Below are positions 1-11,574 of a stretch of 64,000 bases of DNA, one piece after another. The first letter of the stretch is position 1, and each line of letters begins with the position of its first letter. The notes beneath the pieces were generated by a model. The model did no database searches and was not told the DNA's origin. It saw only the letters and a program-made list of their open reading frames with translations. Both the position numbers and the translations under genes were made by a program. This DNA comes from Eledone cirrhosa (Eukaryota). The stretch covers positions 332,072,001-332,136,000 of the forward strand of contig OZ024742.1 of the NCBI GenBank assembly GCA_964016885.1, read 5' to 3'.

Positions 1-404
1 AGAGCGTATTGAAAACAAAATGTATTTGCATAAATGCCTACATAATACAATTATCCAAAGAAACCTTGAGATATTGAGGTACTGTGTTAAAAAGATATCA
101 TTTTTTTTCTCCGCAGCTTATTGTGGTGTAAAATGGATATTTCGACTGGTGATTCTTATCTTACCTATATAGGGAGTTGTGAAAGCCATCGCCAGAAACA
201 TTATCATTAGTGTAACGATGTGGACGTGAAATTGAAATTGGAAGTGGTGGAAGAAGTTAGGCTGGAAGAAGATTGTAGGGAGAGAAGCATCCTGGGAATA
301 CATGTAAGGATATTCACTTTTTCATTGCCTTCTCCATGCTTACAAATTGCGATTTTTAGGCCAGTAGATCAGTATTATTTGAACCGTGTGTATATATATA
401 TATA

Positions 405-593
405 TTGTTTCTACTTTTGGCACAAGGCCAGCAATTATCCCAGTGCATTACAGGGTACTTTATTTTATCGACCCCGTAAGGATGAAAGGCAAAGTTAACC
501 TCGGCGGGATTTGAACCCAGAATGGCAAGGCCGTAACTCTGTGCGTCAAAGCATGGCATCCGACCGTCTACCGATACTGCCAACCCACCGCCC
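405..593 (-). mobile_element. tRNA-derived SINE (cephalopod-type), full length
   Basis: Minus strand reads GGCGGTGGGTTGGCAGTATCGG (A box) ... GGTTCAAATCCCG (B box) ... GCCTTTCATCCTTACGGGGTCGATAAAATAAAGTACC; about 10 related copies in the window. Confidence 0.85.
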
Positions 594-594
594 T

Positions 595-608
595 AGATAT
601 ATATATAT

Positions 609-643
<35 letters not shown>

Positions 644-673
644 AATATAATATATATATATATATATATATAT
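595..673. repeat. (TA)n microsatellite
   Basis: Direct reading. Confidence 0.95.
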
Positions 674-2051
674 ACGCTTGTCAAATAATACTGAGCAATA
701 ATTTACCCGTGTATAACTGTAATGCCTACATAATGATTTGTAGAGAAATAGTGCAAGTATATGCATATGTACATGTGTGTACGTGAGTATATTCATATAG
801 ATGCAAATTATGCATGTCTAACAAATTTCTCTTGGTTCATTACCTTTAGAAAATATGTGCATGTTTCGTATTCTGTTCATAACATAACTGTAAAATACGT
901 TTGATTATGAAGGGTATAAATATACACATAATTGTTTAATATCTGTACAGACCAATGTGCTAGTACCATACAATGTTAATGTATACGTACCATAAACCAG
1001 AGTTACTCTGAATACTTTGAATTTCGTCAATTTTTGCATCTTTTATGCCGCATAGTGTCGTCAAAAATTTATCTTAATTCATTATATAGTTATTGGGTTA
1101 TGTTTAGTATTCAAAGTCACCCCGATGCTAAACATAAGTATACATTACAGAGTAAAAGGTATATGTATGACATGTTATTGATATTTCAATTGAAGTATAC
1201 ATTTCACAGAAATTGACACAATATTTAATTATACATACGCCTCATGGAGTGATATATGATTATACTTCAAAACAACTTCCAGAGAGTATTGTCATCAGAA
1301 ATCAACTGACTGCATTATTCTACTTACAGGGTGACCTTGATAACATCGAATTTTTATTAGGGCATGAGATAACTGAAAATTTCATGTATATTGGATTTGT
1401 TAATTACTCTAATTTACTGCAGGGAGTCCAAACAAATGTATACGTCAACAGATTCTAATAAGTGTATATAGTTTTGAGGACACACTGTATTATGCTTATG
1501 CAAAGAAGACTGAAGATACAAAATTATTAATACCTGCATATACGCATTTTAATGAGCACTTCCTAAATATTCTTCATAATTACGAGATTTTTAATAGTAC
1601 TATTTTTATAGGTTTCATTTCCATGGTTTTATTACATATTTTTTCTGCTACTTTTCATTATTTCAGTCCCCTGTAAAGTTGTTTTTACGAACAAAAAAAT
1701 GGACAAAGAATAGAAGACGAAGATATCTCTCAAAATTTCGGGTTCGCCATCACATTCCGGGTTATTTCAGTTTTTTTTTTTTTTTTTTTAAACATACGTT
1801 TGTTTGCTGCTATGCTGTACAATGAGCAGATGTCGGAGAAAACTTTTCAAATACGTGTTATTGAATGAAACATAGCAAACTTGCGTATACCTTCTTTGAT
1901 ACTGTTTCCTGAAGTAAAATCAACTTACTTCAGCAAACGTGGAGTACATATGAAGACATAAACCTGTTTCCTATGTATCACATACAATATAGTATACTTA
2001 AATCTAGGGTTACATATGGAAAGTTCTTTCTTTAATGATTACATACATTCA

Positions 2052-2096
<45 letters not shown>

Positions 2097-2146
2097 GTAA
2101 TAATGAATGTGAAGACTAAAATCCGAAGAGGACTCGATAAGGATTA

Positions 2147-2186
<40 letters not shown>

Positions 2187-2220
2187 CGTAGAGCAAAAAT
2201 GTATAAGTACATACTAAAGG

Positions 2221-2292
2221 TTAAGCAAAGAATCGCTGCTTTCTCCTATTTCAGATGCCGTAAAAGGGTGAAAGCAGCGATTCTTTGCTTAA
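2221..2292. repeat. Perfect 23-bp inverted repeat with 26-nt loop
   Basis: TTAAGCAAAGAATCGCTGCTTTC ... GAAAGCAGCGATTCTTTGCTTAA. Confidence 0.9.
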
Positions 2293-3554
2293 ACTGTAAT
2301 CTGTATTTTATATAAATATATGTATTAAGATGGAAGGTAAACTGATAATGAAGCAATGCTTCATTCCATCGACCATTTCAATTAATCCCATCATTCTTTG
2401 GCAATGAAAATGTTCCAGATGAAAGCAGGGGCTGATTCCATCAAACGTATTCCAGTTCATTGCCACTATACTCTGGTTTTCAACCACTCTACTGTGGATT
2501 ATATCATTCTTGGATCGACAGTGATATGCAGTGGCTGCTTCAACCGATACTCTTCCGTTAGCAAGTTTGGCAATATCGGAAACTGAAGTAAATGGCTACA
2601 GTTCAGCTTACGCATTGATTTCTCTACAGTAAACATGTTGAATGAAATTCTTAAAATACAATACTATTAAGTATGGTAAGATGAACTATATAAGATGCTG
2701 AATAGATTCCTTTTAATCCCATTTTGTAAGCATCAATTTTTAGTAATTCCATTGATAATATTTGCTATGCTCTCTACTTAAACCTTTCTTTATGTATTTG
2801 CTTGCGTGATATTTCCTGAAAATTCCTGGATATATCCATGGTAATTCACTGAACTGTGAATCAAACGTTGAAGATTCACACATCTACAACAATCCATTTT
2901 AAATTCTGCGCCAATATCGTTTGAGTTTAAACAGCAATCTGAATTATTTAATCCATGATTTATTAAGCTAGATGCATGTTACTTCACAGGAATGAGTTTT
3001 TTCTGTTGAATTGAATAATATTGTGATTTGCTTGTGTGCATAACGATTTGTCACGTAAAACTTTGTCGTTCTTTGAATCTTCGTCTTTTACAATTCTATC
3101 AATTTCGTATACCCTGCGTTTTGTCCCCTATTACCGTATTTATATACGCCTTCTATTAAATGTTTGTCATGTTATGCAATTAACGATGAAATTCGTATTT
3201 TCTGGTATGTTTAGATGCTTACTTGCTAAATATGTATATATATTTATATAAACATTTGTGCAGTCTCGGCTACACGCTACATATAAGTACAGATATTTTA
3301 TCGGAATAATTATATGCAAATTAGTGCGTCCATTTCGGAATAATTCTAAGAGTGAATCGGTATATACGTGGTATATAGAGGTATATATTGTGGTGGGTTG
3401 GATTACATATACGCCTTTAACTTGTTTGGACATTCGGTAATTAATTTGCGTTTGATCTAAATGTATCTACGTGCAGTTAGGTTTAGTTTTATGACGGTCC
3501 TATCTGCTTAATTACACGCACACTCAAGCACATTCTCGCATACATACACGAATG

Positions 3555-3629
3555 CATGCATACATACATACATACCCATACATACATACATACGCATACA
3601 TACATACATACATACGCATACATACATAC
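3555..3629. repeat. (CATA)n microsatellite
   Basis: Direct reading. Confidence 0.9.
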
Positions 3630-3755
3630 AATGATCCCATTGAGACATCGAATAGTTCTTAGGTAGTTGACCTTTTTTGTCTGTTAAACCATTACGGAAA
3701 AGGGTTTTTTCTGCAGTGTGTCATGTAATGTCTTATTTTTTTTTTTTTTGGTCTA

Positions 3756-5720
3756 TTAGGGTCCTATCTGTAACCTCCCTGACCTGCACCCCAAGAGCCA
3801 CCATAGGTTCAGTCCTGGTGGAATCCTAGGAATACGGTCCTTTACTGTCCAGCATCGGCCGTCAAGACACGTAGTAATCCGTCGAAGTAAGGACAGTGGT
3901 TTTGTTGCCACGTGGAGCCTCTTCCAGGTGGGCCCATCGAACAATTTTGATTCCCTTGTTTCTCAGAGCATGCGCATTAACTCTGACAATGCACCCTTGG
4001 TGTTTCACATGGAAGAAATGGTATGGTATTCTCGCGGCTAGCACGTCAGTTGCAGTACCACATCTAATCGCCTCATCTAATTTAGGTAACAGCTCCCTCC
4101 TTTCTATGTTTCCCTAATGCTACCTTTTTGCTAAAACCTATCAACATTATTCTAATCTCGCTTAACCCACCACCACCACCTATTGTTGATGACACCCCCA
4201 CACCCACGTCCCCTTTTGCTTAGCTAAATTGTTGAACCGATTCCTGTAATTTCATGTGCCGGAAACGTGTTCAGCTTCCAGTAACTAGGACCTGACCTAC
4301 GCGTCTTATCTAGGTCGACCATACAGATCACGAATTTGGGAAATGAATAGGTGACCCGTTTTAAAAACTGGACGGCCTACACTCTTCCTCTCTATTTTCC
4401 TAATGAAGAACCTATATATATACGATCTAGTTGACCCTATGCTCTTGGTCCAGGCCAACACTGGCGAATTAGGGAAATCTAGTCGGTACCTTTCACAGTT
4501 GAACTGGCTGATCGTGTACTTGAGGTATTTGCACCCCAAGCTCAAATCGGCTATTACCACTCACTTCCAGCGTGCGTCTAAGATTCCGTTCCAATTTTCC
4601 GCTAACAGTAAATGGTGAGACATTCCCAGAAATTCTTCCAGGCACCGAAATTCCGGTCGTCTTGCCCCGGTATGGGCGTTGATGGCTACCAGTCTATAGG
4701 CACCAACGTCATTGCTCGCGTCAAGTACCATCAACTTACCGTCCAGCCCGCGAATTGTACACCTTACCTCGAGATCGAGGCCTTTCCTAAACAGCATTGC
4801 CACACCACCTGCCATTCCCGGCCAACTAAGATGCGAAGATCTGATAGTCGTCGAAAATGGTTAGTTTTCAGGTGTCGGAAATCTTTGTCTTCCTGCCCTG
4901 GGGTCGGTCAGCAAGCGGCCCTGATGTCAGGATGACACCAGGCTTCCAGCATTTATGCATCATCATCTTAGGATCGTCATGTTGACTAGCTAAATGTGTT
5001 TAATGTTTTACTTACCTCCCTGAGTCTTGTGGTGGTCGAGTGGTTCGACCTCCATAGTTGGTGGTGTTTCCTTTTGGGAATCCATTTAAATGTCTAGAAG
5101 TGGGGTTCACATGCGGGAATTCAAACTTTCGAGGACAGCTAATTCTAATTCCTTTGAAGGAATCAAAACATTCGTATCAGAAACAAATCTTCTGGCACGC
5201 AAAATGTGCTCTATCCAAAAATCTCGCCCTCTTTCTAGATTTCTTCACTTATTGCTATGAGGGCTATCAATTCCTCTTTGGCCCTTCTAACATTCACGAA
5301 GTTTTGTGTGGTTTGTTGTTTTGTTTGGTGGTGATGGTTTTGTCTATAATTTCAGTTGTTTTATCTTTTGATCTTGCTTCAGCTGTTTGCCCTTGGGAAA
5401 TTGTGATGGTACTTGGGAAATATTTTGGTGGGTGGTGTCTGCATTTTCTGTTGTGGGTAATTGTGTGGTGTGTGAAGTTTGGTGCTTTGTCTTTTTTTTT
5501 GGGGGGGGGGGGGGGTATCGTCCTCAATACTTGGAGACGAGGGGTCTGTGCCTGTAGGTATGTTTGTGTTTCTGTATTTTATTTTATATTTTGGGGCTGG
5601 GGGGGGGAGTGGGAGAGCCTTGCTCGTTTTCCCCCTGGGTTTATTTTGGTGGTGGTGAATGTAGCTCAACTGGTGTTGCTACTGTTGGTCGGGGTGTCGG
5701 TATATATGGGTACATGATTG
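3756..5720 (-). mobile_element. Tx1/L1-like LINE fragment: ORF1 tail, APE endonuclease and post-APE linker, ending in a separate ORF1 scrap; no RT
   Basis: GGVAMLFRKGL, RLVAINAHT, WNGILD, SYIYRFF, YWKLN, NRWWWWVK and GCIVR motifs; RIPRIPPGLNLWWLLGC ORF1 piece at 3756-3860; frameshifted. Confidence 0.8.
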
Positions 5721-5729
5721 TGGTTCGTT

Positions 5730-6535
5730 CTGCAAGTGGCGACCTAGTGCTTAATGGCAAGGGCGTCGGTTTTCAACAGCACCGAGATGTTGCTGCACTC
5801 TCTGGCCCTTGCTTATATTCAATATCAATTTTTATTGATTTCGGAGCCACCAACTTACCGTTAGGTTCGCCGATGATTCACCTACCTCGATATCCAGGCC
5901 TTTCCTAACAAGCACTGCCATCCGTCGTCTTAACGGAAACAGTGCTGTCTTTTGCTCTCATTATTTGCAGACAATGATTTGCTGCGCGTTATTTCTTAAC
6001 GTGTCGGGTTTGATCTGGACGTGTATCTCCAGATCAATCCGGGCCACTCATCTCTGGATGTTCTAGCTGCCTCTGTTGGGACGGTATCTGTCCTCTCCAC
6101 AATTATGCATCGCAATAGCCACTACAAATATAGTGCTGGTGGAATCCTGGGAATGCGGACTCTAATAGTTGTTTTTCTCATGTAACCTTGCCGGATTTGC
6201 AAGGGGTCATCGAGTGCTTCAAAGCGAGGGCCTCCGATTTAAACAGCACCGTGATGGTGCCGTATTGTGTACCCTTCGCTATGTATTCGGTATCATCTCT
6301 GGTGCACCTGAGCGCAGCCTGACGTTTCTTAGGGAGTGTTAATGGCTTTGTCACAGTTGAGATACATCTAAAAACCAGATTTCTCCTCTCCATCGCCTCT
6401 ATGGCCTCCACCGGCACAGTTAACTCGGTCCAGATTTGCTCCTGTTTAATGAGCTTCCATGCCTTGGCCAAAATGTTTTCTTTGTCAGTCAGGTCCATGC
6501 TGAATCATATCCTTTTCTTGGCTGCTGTCACAAAA
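5730..6535 (-). mobile_element. Tx1/L1-like ORF1 fragment plus small APE scrap
   Basis: AWKLIKQEQIW...LVFRCI...RQAALRC...YGTITVLFKSEAL, homologous to 23250-23850 and 27780-28080. Confidence 0.75.
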
Positions 6536-6539
6536 ATCG

Positions 6540-8318
6540 AGTAAACATATACATGACATAATTACAAAAAAAAACTACGTTTTCAAATAGGGGACATAAC
6601 CACCCAGAGTCGACTAAGGTACCCAGCCAATCCTGAAGTACTCAACGTTTCGGCTATTTCAGGCTTTTGCACACCCTACTTTTATCAACTACTCCCACAC
6701 AATCCTAGCGTGTGTCTAAGATGCCTTTCCAGTCCCCCTTTAACAATAAAGGGCGAGACGTTCATAAAGGCTTCCAGGCTTCTAAAGAGGTCCGGCCGTC
6801 CTACCGCAGTAGGGGTGTAGGCGGCCACCAGTCTAGAAACCACCTTCGCTATTCACGTGTTTAGCTTTCAGTAGCCGGGTGCCTGTCTGTGAAGCCTCTT
6901 TAAGTCGACCACACTGTTCACAAATTTGTGGTCTGTGTAGTCGACTATCTTGAATTGTGGACAGCCTATGATAGAACTTTCCTTACAAAATACTCTATGA
7001 TCTGGATGACCCGATGCGGTTTGACCATGTCCATATCGGCACATTTCAGTCGGTACCTGTCTGACAGTTGTCGAAGTCTTACAGGATTTGCAAAGCGTCT
7101 ACACCTCCTCCCTTATCCGCTAATCCCACACAATCCCAGCGTGCATCCAAGATCCCGTTCCAATTGCCCACTAACATTAAAGAGTGGGACGTTCTTAGAA
7201 AGTTCGCCAGAAGAAATCGGGCCATCCTGCCCCTGTTGAGACATAAACGACCACTAGCCTAAAAGCATAGCCTTCGCTGCTCGTCACGTCCCGCCCAACA
7301 GACTTACCTTATGCGTCCAGGAAGATGGTCCGTATCAGGAGATCCACGCCTTTCCGAAACAGCAGAGCGACTCCGCCTCCATAACCTGGCCGGCTTGGAG
7401 ATGAGTACACTTCGCAACCCCCGAAGATGGGTACGAAAGCATGTATCTCAAATTCTGGTCTCGCTGATGGCCACCACATCTATGTTCATTGACCTGAGGT
7501 CGCTTAGCAGGTGACGCTGCTTCCATGATGTTCCCCAGGCAACGTGCATTTATGCTGCCTATTCTGAGTAAGGTCATTTTGAGAAAGAGTAGTAAAAGGT
7601 GGGAAATACCATTTACCTCAGTCCTTGTGGAGGAATGGTTTTTCCGTCCTTCTGACTGTTTGTGGCCACCTCCGAGAGGATGTCTTTATATATCACCCTG
7701 GAAAGTGTTTGCCGGAAATCTCCAATGTACTTGGTGAATTTTTCTTTTAGGGTCATGTGTGGTTTCTGTGTGTGTATGTATGTGGGTGGTGTGAATTTTT
7801 GACGCGTTCTGTAGCTTTTGTTTGATGCTGGTGTTGGGTTTGATGTAGTGTAATATTGTTTAAGTTTAATGCTGTGTAGTGTTTTGGTTTGGTCGTTTTG
7901 TTTGCCTTATTTGTGGGTTTGTTTGTTTCCGTTTGTTGGTGTTTTTTGTAGTGTTGGGGTTGATGATGGTGCTAATGTTTGTGGCGATGGGGCTGGTGTA
8001 GCTGTCTTTGGTGGTGGTGTAGCTGTCTTAACTTACTTTCTGTTTGTTTCGCTCTCTATTTATTTATTTATTTTTTGTAGTGCAAAGAGGGTTCGTTCTT
8101 TTCTTTTTTTTTGTATTTTTTAAGATAGTTTTCCACCCTCCTCATCGTCACAATAATTCTAGTTGTGAGATGTCGGAGTGGAAGGTCCTGCATAGGCGTT
8201 TGTGTTCGTTGTGTGGTGGATGGTGGTCACGTTAATGCTACTTCTGGCACTGTGGGCGATAGTGACGGCGGTCTTGCTACCGTTGCTGCTGCTGTTTTTT
8301 TTGTTTATTTGTTTTTAT
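6540..8318 (-). mobile_element. Tx1/L1-like fragment: ORF1 tail, APE, second APE scrap and 3'UTR-like piece
   Basis: MTLLRIGSINAR start at 7577, GNWNGILD and SDH-region motifs; low-complexity ORF1 tail at 7620-8300. Confidence 0.75.
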
Positions 8319-8319
8319 C

Positions 8320-8800
8320 TTACCGCAGGCGTCTGAGGATTACCCTCAGTAGCGCTTGACTGGCGTGTGGGAGACGCACGAGTTCATCCATGCTGGAGCC
8401 GAGTTGGTGGTGATAAAAATCCACCATCAAGGCCGAATATCCCATCCATATGTTCGTAGGATTCTTCATCTCCGCACAGACGGCATATGTTGATTTACGC
8501 TTTGTCTATCATATGGAGCCATCTCCTTAATGACGTGATGTCCACTGCTGAAGCGGACGAGATGGTTCCTATCTGCTTTGAAGAGTTTGCTCACTCTCTT
8601 CATTTGGGTGGCAGCTAAAGACTGATTGTAGACGTTTATGCTGGATCGGTGGTGGGCGAAATTCCCGGCGAATGACGGCGCGTCGGGTGGTGGTATCGAT
8701 TGAACTTTCCAGTTGAGTAGATGCTGAGTCTTGTTTCGCCTGGGCGTCCGCCAGTTCATTCTCTTTGATGTTGCAGTGCCCCGGGACCCAGGCAGCTGCT
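8320..8800 (-). mobile_element. 3' end of an RNase-H-bearing LINE (I group, e.g. Ingi/Nimb/Loa; clade not resolvable by eye)
   Basis: WVPGHCNIKENELADAQAK RNase H motif, then a C-terminal CRLCGD..ESxEH zinc knuckle; near-identical to 28152-28640. Confidence 0.8.
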
Positions 8801-8859
8801 GCTGGTTGATCCAGTGGGTTGGGCAGGAGAGGTGGCCTTAATTTGTTAGCCATCCACTG

Positions 8860-9960
8860 AGGGCAGAAGGCCTTTAGGTGCGTTCCATCGTCACAAACGA
8901 CAAATCTTGGTCTTTTACTTCAACGATTACGGTGAGGTGGCTGCCGCCATCGAGGTCTATAATGTCTGGTATTTCCTGGATGTTTTTCTGGTCTGCTTGG
9001 ATCAGGAGCTCCATTCCAGAACCGAACCAGTTTTCTTGTTTCATTTTCAAGCTTCAATGACGTTTGTGCTGTCTTCGATGTCGGTGAGGACGGCAGCCAT
9101 CAACCAGGGGATTTCAATTGCCTGTAGTACCTGGGACTCTTTTACTCACAAAACTTTGTCCGCATTAACTTGGTGCAAATTTGAAATCGTCTCTCATGTG
9201 GAGACATCGTGTGCTCTCTGGCTTCCTGTGGGGTTCCAAAGAACACATCCACGGTAGCTTATCTTTTTCCATGTATGATGTGGATTTTGTGAGTCCACAC
9301 ATGTCCCAAACACTTTTGGATCTGGACTCGGATGCCCACTCCACTCGGCATGTTTTTGTGCTAATTGTACGGTATGGCACCGTACATAGCCGCCGATGTT
9401 GCATGCTGTTTGGAGTGAGGCTACTCTAATCATTTTTCTTCCTTTCATCTAGCCTCATTCAATTGTTCCTGTCTTACCTTAATCGTTTCGTTCTAGTACA
9501 CCGCTTTTGCAAAAACCACATTTGGTTCTGCACTGGTGTTGTTACTGTTATTCTTGTTGTTGTTGTTGTTTTTGTTTCAGTTATTGCTGTCGTTGTGGTG
9601 GTGTCAGTGGTGTTGGACTTGACTGTTGACATTGTAGTCGTGTGTATGGTGTTGTCTACATTAGTGAATGTTAAGCTGGGAGAATGTTAAGTTATCATAA
9701 GATATTTTCTTTTTCTTTCATTTGTTGCTGTGGTGGTGGTAGTATCAATGCCGTTGGATGTCGTCCAAGATATTGTAGCGGTGATGATGGCGGCTTTCAT
9801 CCCGGTAGACATTGGCAAATGTGGAAAGTCCACGTCAGCACAGGGCAAATGTGGTGACTGTTATTGCTGCAGTTAGCGAAACCGTTATCCGTGTTGGAAA
9901 TTGTAGCAAGGTTCACAAAGATTGTGATGGGACGAGTCCGGTTGAGCCGCTGTCACGTCC
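8860..9960 (-). mobile_element. Second, divergent L1/Tx1-type ORF1 fragment
   Basis: IEIPWLMAAVL...ENWFGSGMELLI...IPDIIDL...LTVIVE, then a degenerate knuckle VVCDDGTHLKAFCP; Thr-rich N-terminal part. Confidence 0.6.
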
Positions 9961-9989
9961 ATATATATTTGTTTTTACAAGTGATTCCG

Positions 9990-10460
9990 CCTCCCGATCC
10001 CGACGGGTTGGAGATGCGTACACATCGTGACTGCTAAAGATGGGTGCGAATGCCCGTGCATCGGAGATTGCGGTCTCAATGATAGCCACCACATCTATTT
10101 TGAACGACCTGAAATCGTGGAGTAGGTGGCGCTGTTTCTAAGACGAACTCGGGCCACATGCATTTATACTGCCTATCCTGAGAGAAAACGCGTTGGCTAA
10201 GATAGGAGGAAAATAAATGAGAGGAAAAGTAAAAACAAAATCTTTACCTTTGGCTTTTTTAGGAAGGTGTTGGGTGATTACATCCCTCCGATCAGTGGTG
10301 GATTTCTCCACGAGAATGTTGAAATAAATTATGTTGGTGAGGTTCCCTCGATAGTCTCCAATTGCCACGGAACTTTTTATTTAATGTTTTGTGTAATTCT
10401 GTTAAGAGAAGGTGCAATTTTGGTGGTTTCTATGTAAATTGTTCTGTGATTTTGGTGTAG
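9990..10460 (-). mobile_element. Tx1/L1-like ORF1/ORF2 junction fragment
   Basis: SLRIGSINA...DVVAIIET APE start preceded by ORF1 tail. Confidence 0.7.
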
Positions 10461-10499
10461 TCTAATCCGGTCTTTTTAAGACCTGCGCGCTGGGAACGA

Positions 10500-11205
10500 C
10501 GCGTTCGGGTCCAGAAACCGGGCGCTTGCCTATGAACTCTAAGTCGACTTCACAGATGGCAAATATATGGTCCATGTTGCAGACTACTATAAATTGTGGA
10601 CAACCTACACTAGGCTTACTGTTTCCCGACAGATTACCCAATCTAAATACGATGTGGATGACGCGATACGGTTTTCCCATGTCCGCATTGGCACGTTCAA
10701 TAATCCAATCGATACCAGTCAGATAGTTCAAAACGTTTCAGCTGCTTCATGACGCTTTTACACCCTCCTTCCCTATTTACTAGCCCTACATAATCCCAAC
10801 GTGCATTTAAGATATCGTTCCAGTCGTCCACTCACACTAAAGACGTCTGAAGAAACCGAGCCGTCCTGCCACTGTTGGGTCGTAGACGGCTACTAGCCTG
10901 AAAGTATTGCCTTCGCTGCCGGTCACATCCAACACCACCGACATGCCTTCTGGTTCCAGGAATATAGCCCGTATGACGAGACCCAAGCCTCTCCGAAAGC
11001 CCGCCCCCCCGATCCCGGACGTCTGGGAGATGCGTATACATCGTAGCCGCCAAAGATCCGTACGGAGTTTTGTGCTTCGGAAATTCAGGTCTCGCTGTTC
11101 ACCACCACATCTATGCTTAATGACCTGAGGTGAGTAACCAGGTAGCCCTGCTTCCAAGATGACCCCCAGGCCACGTATATTTACACTGCCCATTCTAAGT
11201 ACAGC
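10500..11205 (-). mobile_element. Tx1/L1-like APE endonuclease fragment
   Basis: AVLRMGSVNIRGL, VVLDVT...FRLVAVYDPT, YLDWVI..., DHIFAIC. Confidence 0.8.
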
Positions 11206-11572
11206 ACGCTGCGGCAGGTCAGAGGGACCCATCCCAACCACTCCAGTCGGTGGCTTTTCAATCACCAGCTGCCGTATGGGTACAATATATTTATCTATCA
11301 ACATTATATAACGCCTTTTAGTTCATCCTTATGTGGCTGACCACCCGAGTACGGTAAAACGTGCCGAGCCAACAATTACAACTGGGGAAAAAAAGGACTG
11401 TAAAGCTGCCTCTCTCGTACAGCTCAAACCACGGACTTAACCTCTCTTCCCACTTCAAGGGAGGCGTTTTTTAACTGACCATTTAACTTATTACTTTAGT
11501 AAATAAGCCTTTTCCTCTGTTTTATGTGGGCGGTCACACGGGCCTCGCCGATAGCATTTTAGTCGCATATTA
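11200..11572 (-). mobile_element. 5' leader of a further (truncated) R2-like unit
   Basis: Aligns by eye with 15760-16138 and 20070-20450. Confidence 0.75.
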
Positions 11573-11574
11573 TT

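Noticed and set aside
117-303. Exon-like segment (T-tract+CAG acceptor, GTAAGG donor)
   Set aside because: Stops in all three frames and no recognisable protein; at best UTR or a pseudo-exon.
405-593. tRNA gene
   Set aside because: A and B boxes are present, but there is no cloverleaf and a repeated SINE body follows.
1330-1458. Possible terminal coding exon (TTACAG|GDLDNIEF...RF-stop)
   Set aside because: Short, no motif recognised and no supported partner exon; needs transcript evidence.
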